Source: an uncultured Sphingobacteriaceae bacterium (lineage in GTDB: Bacteria > Bacteroidota > Bacteroidia > Sphingobacteriales > Sphingobacteriaceae). From it: a stretch of DNA of 64,000 nt. The DNA is taken from contig CAWCIO010000013.1 in NCBI GenBank assembly GCA_963795585.1, positions 336,770 through 400,769 of the forward strand, in the 5' to 3' direction. Under the pieces are notes generated by a model. The model made no database searches. It had not been told where the DNA came from and saw only the letters and a program-made list of their open reading frames with translations. A program made the translations under genes and the position numbers. Below are positions 61,008-64,000 of this stretch, piece by piece. Each line of letters starts with the position of its first letter. Position 1 is the first letter of the stretch.

Positions 61008-61558
61008 TCTACTATGAATTTTTTCGGATAAGTGATAACATTTTCAACTTTAAAATATTCGTCAAATTCTTCTTTTTGTTTCGTTTCATAAAGGTCGATT
61101 ATTTTATTAAAAAATGCTTCAAGAGTCGGAGCAATTACATTTCGGTCGTTGTCGGCATGCCAAAATTCTATTAATTGTCCTTTTTGACCAGTAAAAATTC
61201 CTTTTAGATCGTAGCAAATACTGTCGCCACCTCCATTTTGAAAAATTGGTATCCAGTTTTCATTCCACCAATTTTGGATTTCGAAGTCAAACCCAATCAT
61301 TGGTGTAAGTTCGGAAGCGTCATAAAGTGCCTGGTGCAAAGGAATAAAACAAGAATTGTTTACAAAAGCCTCATAGCAGTTTGATTTTTGTCCGTTCTTC
61401 CATTTGTATAGTGTGCGTAAATCCTTTGGTATTTCAATTTTATAATATTCCTCCAATTTGTCCAATTGAGAATCGTCCAAAGGCTCGTTGAGCTCCAAAT
61501 AAAATTCAGGTCTTAGTGTCGACAAATATCTGTCTAATTGTTCAATGATTATGTTCAT
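61004..61558 (-). CDS. SMI1/KNR4 (SUKH) family protein
   Basis: LNEP....LDKLEE..KIEIPKDLRTLYKWKNGQ, WIPIF.NGGGDSICYDL, GQLIEFWH, IAPTLEAFF. Confidence 0.85.
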   Translation of the reverse strand: MNIIIEQLDRYLSTLRPEFYLELNEPLDDSQLDKLEEYYKIEIPKDLRTLYKWKNGQKSNCYEAFVNNSCFIPLHQALYDASELTPMIGFDFEIQNWWNENWIPIFQNGGGDSICYDLKGIFTGQKGQLIEFWHADNDRNVIAPTLEAFFNKIIDLYETKQKEEFDEYFKVENVITYPKKFIVE

Positions 61559-61730
61559 TCTTGTTGGTTATGTCCGTTCCTGCATGGATTAATACTCAAG
61601 CAATAACAGATTTGGCGCAAACAAGTTTATTATAAGATATTTTGTTAACAAATTGAACCGAGGTCATCTAGATCACAATAAAAGCAAATTACCTATAAGT
61701 TGAATAGTTTGATTTGATTAGCTTTGTTGC

Positions 61731-62576
61731 ATGGCAAATGAAATTCCGGGCCTTAACATGGAGGAATTGAGGCTGCAGGGCTTCAAGGTGCACCAGCTGC
61801 CGGCCTACGTTGATGTGCCGGCAGTACACGGGCGGCGCGATTTTTATAAAATGGGACTGATCAGGGGAGAGATGACCATCGGTTATGGCGATCAGGTCCT
61901 GGAATTGCAGGATACGGTGCTGTTTTTCGTTAATCCCCGTGTGCCGCGTTCCTTGCTGCGCCGTTCACGGGAGACCACCGGCTATGCATGTATTTTCACG
62001 GAAGCTTTTATGCCCGCGATTGTCAAAAAGTCTCCATTATTTAACGCAAGCCAAAACCCGCTGATCCGGCTGAACGACGAACAGGCGGCCTATATGACCG
62101 GCATTTTTCGAAAGATGTTGGCGGTGCGGGATGGCGATTACGCTTATAAGAGCGATCTGATCAAAAACTGTATTGAACTGGTCATTCATGAAGCATTGCT
62201 GTTGCAACCGCCAGACGAACCCAGCCACCAGGACGGTGCGACGCGAATGACACATTTATTCCTGGACTTACTGGAACGGCAATTCCCGATTGAACATATC
62301 TCGGAACCACTTAAACTGCGAAGCGCGCAGGATTTTGCTGGAAAACTGGCGGTGCATGTCAATTACCTGAACAGAGTGGTAAAGGAAGTGACGGGCAAAC
62401 CAACCTCGGTACATATAGCGGAACGTACTGCTAATGAGGCCAAAGCTTTGCTACAGCATACGGACTGGAGTGTAGCCGATATTGCTTATGCGCTCGGTTT
62501 CGCCTATCCAACATACTTCAATAACTTTTTCAAGCGGATCACGGGCCTGACGCCGAAATCACTGCGAAAGGTTTGA
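61731..62576 (+). CDS. AraC family transcriptional regulator
   Basis: RRDFYK N-terminal motif; FAGKLAVHVNYLNRVVKEVTGK; IAYALGFAYPTYFNNFFKR. Confidence 0.93.
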   Translation: MANEIPGLNMEELRLQGFKVHQLPAYVDVPAVHGRRDFYKMGLIRGEMTIGYGDQVLELQDTVLFFVNPRVPRSLLRRSRETTGYACIFTEAFMPAIVKKSPLFNASQNPLIRLNDEQAAYMTGIFRKMLAVRDGDYAYKSDLIKNCIELVIHEALLLQPPDEPSHQDGATRMTHLFLDLLERQFPIEHISEPLKLRSAQDFAGKLAVHVNYLNRVVKEVTGKPTSVHIAERTANEAKALLQHTDWSVADIAYALGFAYPTYFNNFFKRITGLTPKSLRKV

Positions 62577-62601
62577 TAATTATACTTATTGGTTTGATTA
62601 T
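62570..62601 (+). promoter_or_regulatory. Putative AraC tandem binding site
   Basis: Direct repeat GGTTTGATAAT / GGTTTGATTAT at 21-bp period, upstream of a degenerate -7 box GAACTTTG (62628-62635). Confidence 0.6.
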
Positions 62602-62639
62602 CGTTTAAGCGCCACCCGCTTTAGCCGGAACTTTGAGCT

Positions 62640-63485
62640 ATGAAAATATTAGTTACAGGAGCCACCGGAAAGGTGGGCAGCCGTTTTGTTCCACGGCTAT
62701 TGGCAAAAGGTTACGACGTGCGGATCTTAGTTCGCGATGCGGCAAAAGCAGCTAATTTAGTTGCACTTGACGCGGAAGTAGTGACCGGGGATCTGTTTGA
62801 TTCCAGTAGTTTAGTGCCTGCCGTAGCGGGCGTAGATGCCGTGATCCATTTGGCGGCCTTATTCCGCACGTTTACGGATAACGAAGGGATTATCAAAACC
62901 AATCATGCCGGTTCCGTGTCATTGGGCGACGCCGCAGTTGCAGCTGGTGTGAAACGCTTTGTATTCGTGAGCACCAGCAATGTTTATGGTTCAGGTTACG
63001 GACATCCGGCAAGAGAAGATGATACGGTTGATATCAACGACCCGCGCCCTTATGCGTCAAGTAAAGTTGCAGCTGAGCAGGAATTGTTAAACAAGGACAT
63101 AGATGTACGCATATTACGTTTAGGTTTTGTTTATGGTGATAAGGACCCGCATATTGAAGAGATTATCCCGCTGCTGAAAAAGTGGAACCGGCATTCCGGC
63201 TCACGAATGCATATGGTGCACCACCTGGATGTTGCTCAGGCTTTGATCATGCTCCTGGAAAGAGATGGCCTCGACGGAGAGGTTTTCAATATTGCTGATG
63301 ATGCACCGATTACGTTATATGAACTGGCGAACTCAGTCGGGAAAGCCGCAGAGGCTTTTGAACCCGTTGAAGCGGCCTTGGCCGATCCGTTCGAAGGTAT
63401 AGTGGACGTCTCTAAACTCCGAAAGATCGGTTTCCGCTTATTGGTTCCGACATTTTATATGGCGCGTGACCTGGATATTTTATAG
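62640..63485 (+). CDS. NAD-dependent epimerase/dehydratase (extended SDR)
   Basis: [31 protein letters not shown] (YxxxK). Confidence 0.9.
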   Translation: MKILVTGATGKVGSRFVPRLLAKGYDVRILVRDAAKAANLVALDAEVVTGDLFDSSSLVPAVAGVDAVIHLAALFRTFTDNEGIIKTNHAGSVSLGDAAVAAGVKRFVFVSTSNVYGSGYGHPAREDDTVDINDPRPYASSKVAAEQELLNKDIDVRILRLGFVYGDKDPHIEEIIPLLKKWNRHSGSRMHMVHHLDVAQALIMLLERDGLDGEVFNIADDAPITLYELANSVGKAAEAFEPVEAALADPFEGIVDVSKLRKIGFRLLVPTFYMARDLDIL

Positions 63486-63505
63486 CCGCAATGCGCACAG
63501 AATGC

Positions 63506-64000
63506 CTATAGCTTCCTGGCTTCGATTGTTGCGCCTTGGGTAAATATCATTTTGTTCACTTTACCCTGCGCATCCTTGATGAATTCCATTTTAGCATTGA
63601 TCACCTTGAAAAAGAACTTGGTATTGGTTTCTGCGTAAGCGGCGATTTTGGATTGGCCGGTTGCCTGTGCATAGAGCTGTTTTCCTTCCCTACTGATGCT
63701 AAGTACCAGGTCTGGTGTAAGCTGATATTTTCCCAGGTAGCTGTCCAGTTCCTGATCTGAGACATCAGCCAGAACGATCTTCCTGGTTTTATTTAACCCG
63801 GTAAAGCCATACACATGGGCGATACTATTGATCAGTTCCTGGATAATCTCGCCGTTGTCTGAATTTACCATAATCACTAATCCGTTGCCTCCTTCGAAGC
63901 TGCCGTAATAACCCGACCGGAATCCTTCATTAGCTCCGCCATGCCCAAAATATTTGACACCATTGTAGTCCTCGACAAAAACGCCCAGCGCCGATTCTTG
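63506..64000 (-). CDS. C-terminal part of a serine hydrolase with DUF3471 domain (runs off window edge)
   Basis: Upstream of the ORF-track start the frame reads KYFGHGGANEGFRSGY; then LDSYLGKYQLTP..LYAQATGQ..TKFFFKV. Confidence 0.8.
   Translation of the reverse strand, partial: QESALGVFVEDYNGVKYFGHGGANEGFRSGYYGSFEGGNGLVIMVNSDNGEIIQELINSIAHVYGFTGLNKTRKIVLADVSDQELDSYLGKYQLTPDLVLSISREGKQLYAQATGQSKIAAYAETNTKFFFKVINAKMEFIKDAQGKVNKMIFTQGATIEARKL

Noticed and set aside
1-64000. CRISPR arrays, tRNA/rRNA genes, IS transposases
   Set aside because: No regularly spaced repeats, cloverleaf or rRNA-like segments, or transposase motifs recognised by eye; intergenic spaces are short

Overview
Chromosomal segment of a Bacteroidota bacterium, most likely Pedobacter/Sphingobacteriaceae, judged from TAnnTTTG promoters, SusC/SusD, DUF4270 and the gene order. 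Core genes include rne/rng, a 29-aa bS22-like ribosomal protein missing from the ORF track, HU, mutY, ssb, glgA-like, panC/panD, rimP-nusA-infB, meaB, ompA, ridA, recG and fumC. There is a 13-kb glycosyltransferase/MsbA-like cluster, a cyanophycin trio (cphA, cphB, iaaA), a LytS/LytTR pair and a small AT-rich patch with an SMI1/KNR4 gene. The best candidate for an undescribed system is an 8-kb accessory module (about 10.8-18.6 kb). A FecR with a CBS-like cytoplasmic N-terminus and no adjacent ECF sigma precedes an STN-SusC/SusD pair. These converge, through a 19-bp inverted repeat, on AraC - MauE/DoxX (CxC) - a small secreted two-cysteine peptide. Many conserved genes carry multiple frameshifts that look like consensus/assembly errors, not biology. 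No tRNA, rRNA, CRISPR array or transposase was recognised. All family assignments come from motif recognition by eye, not from database searches.
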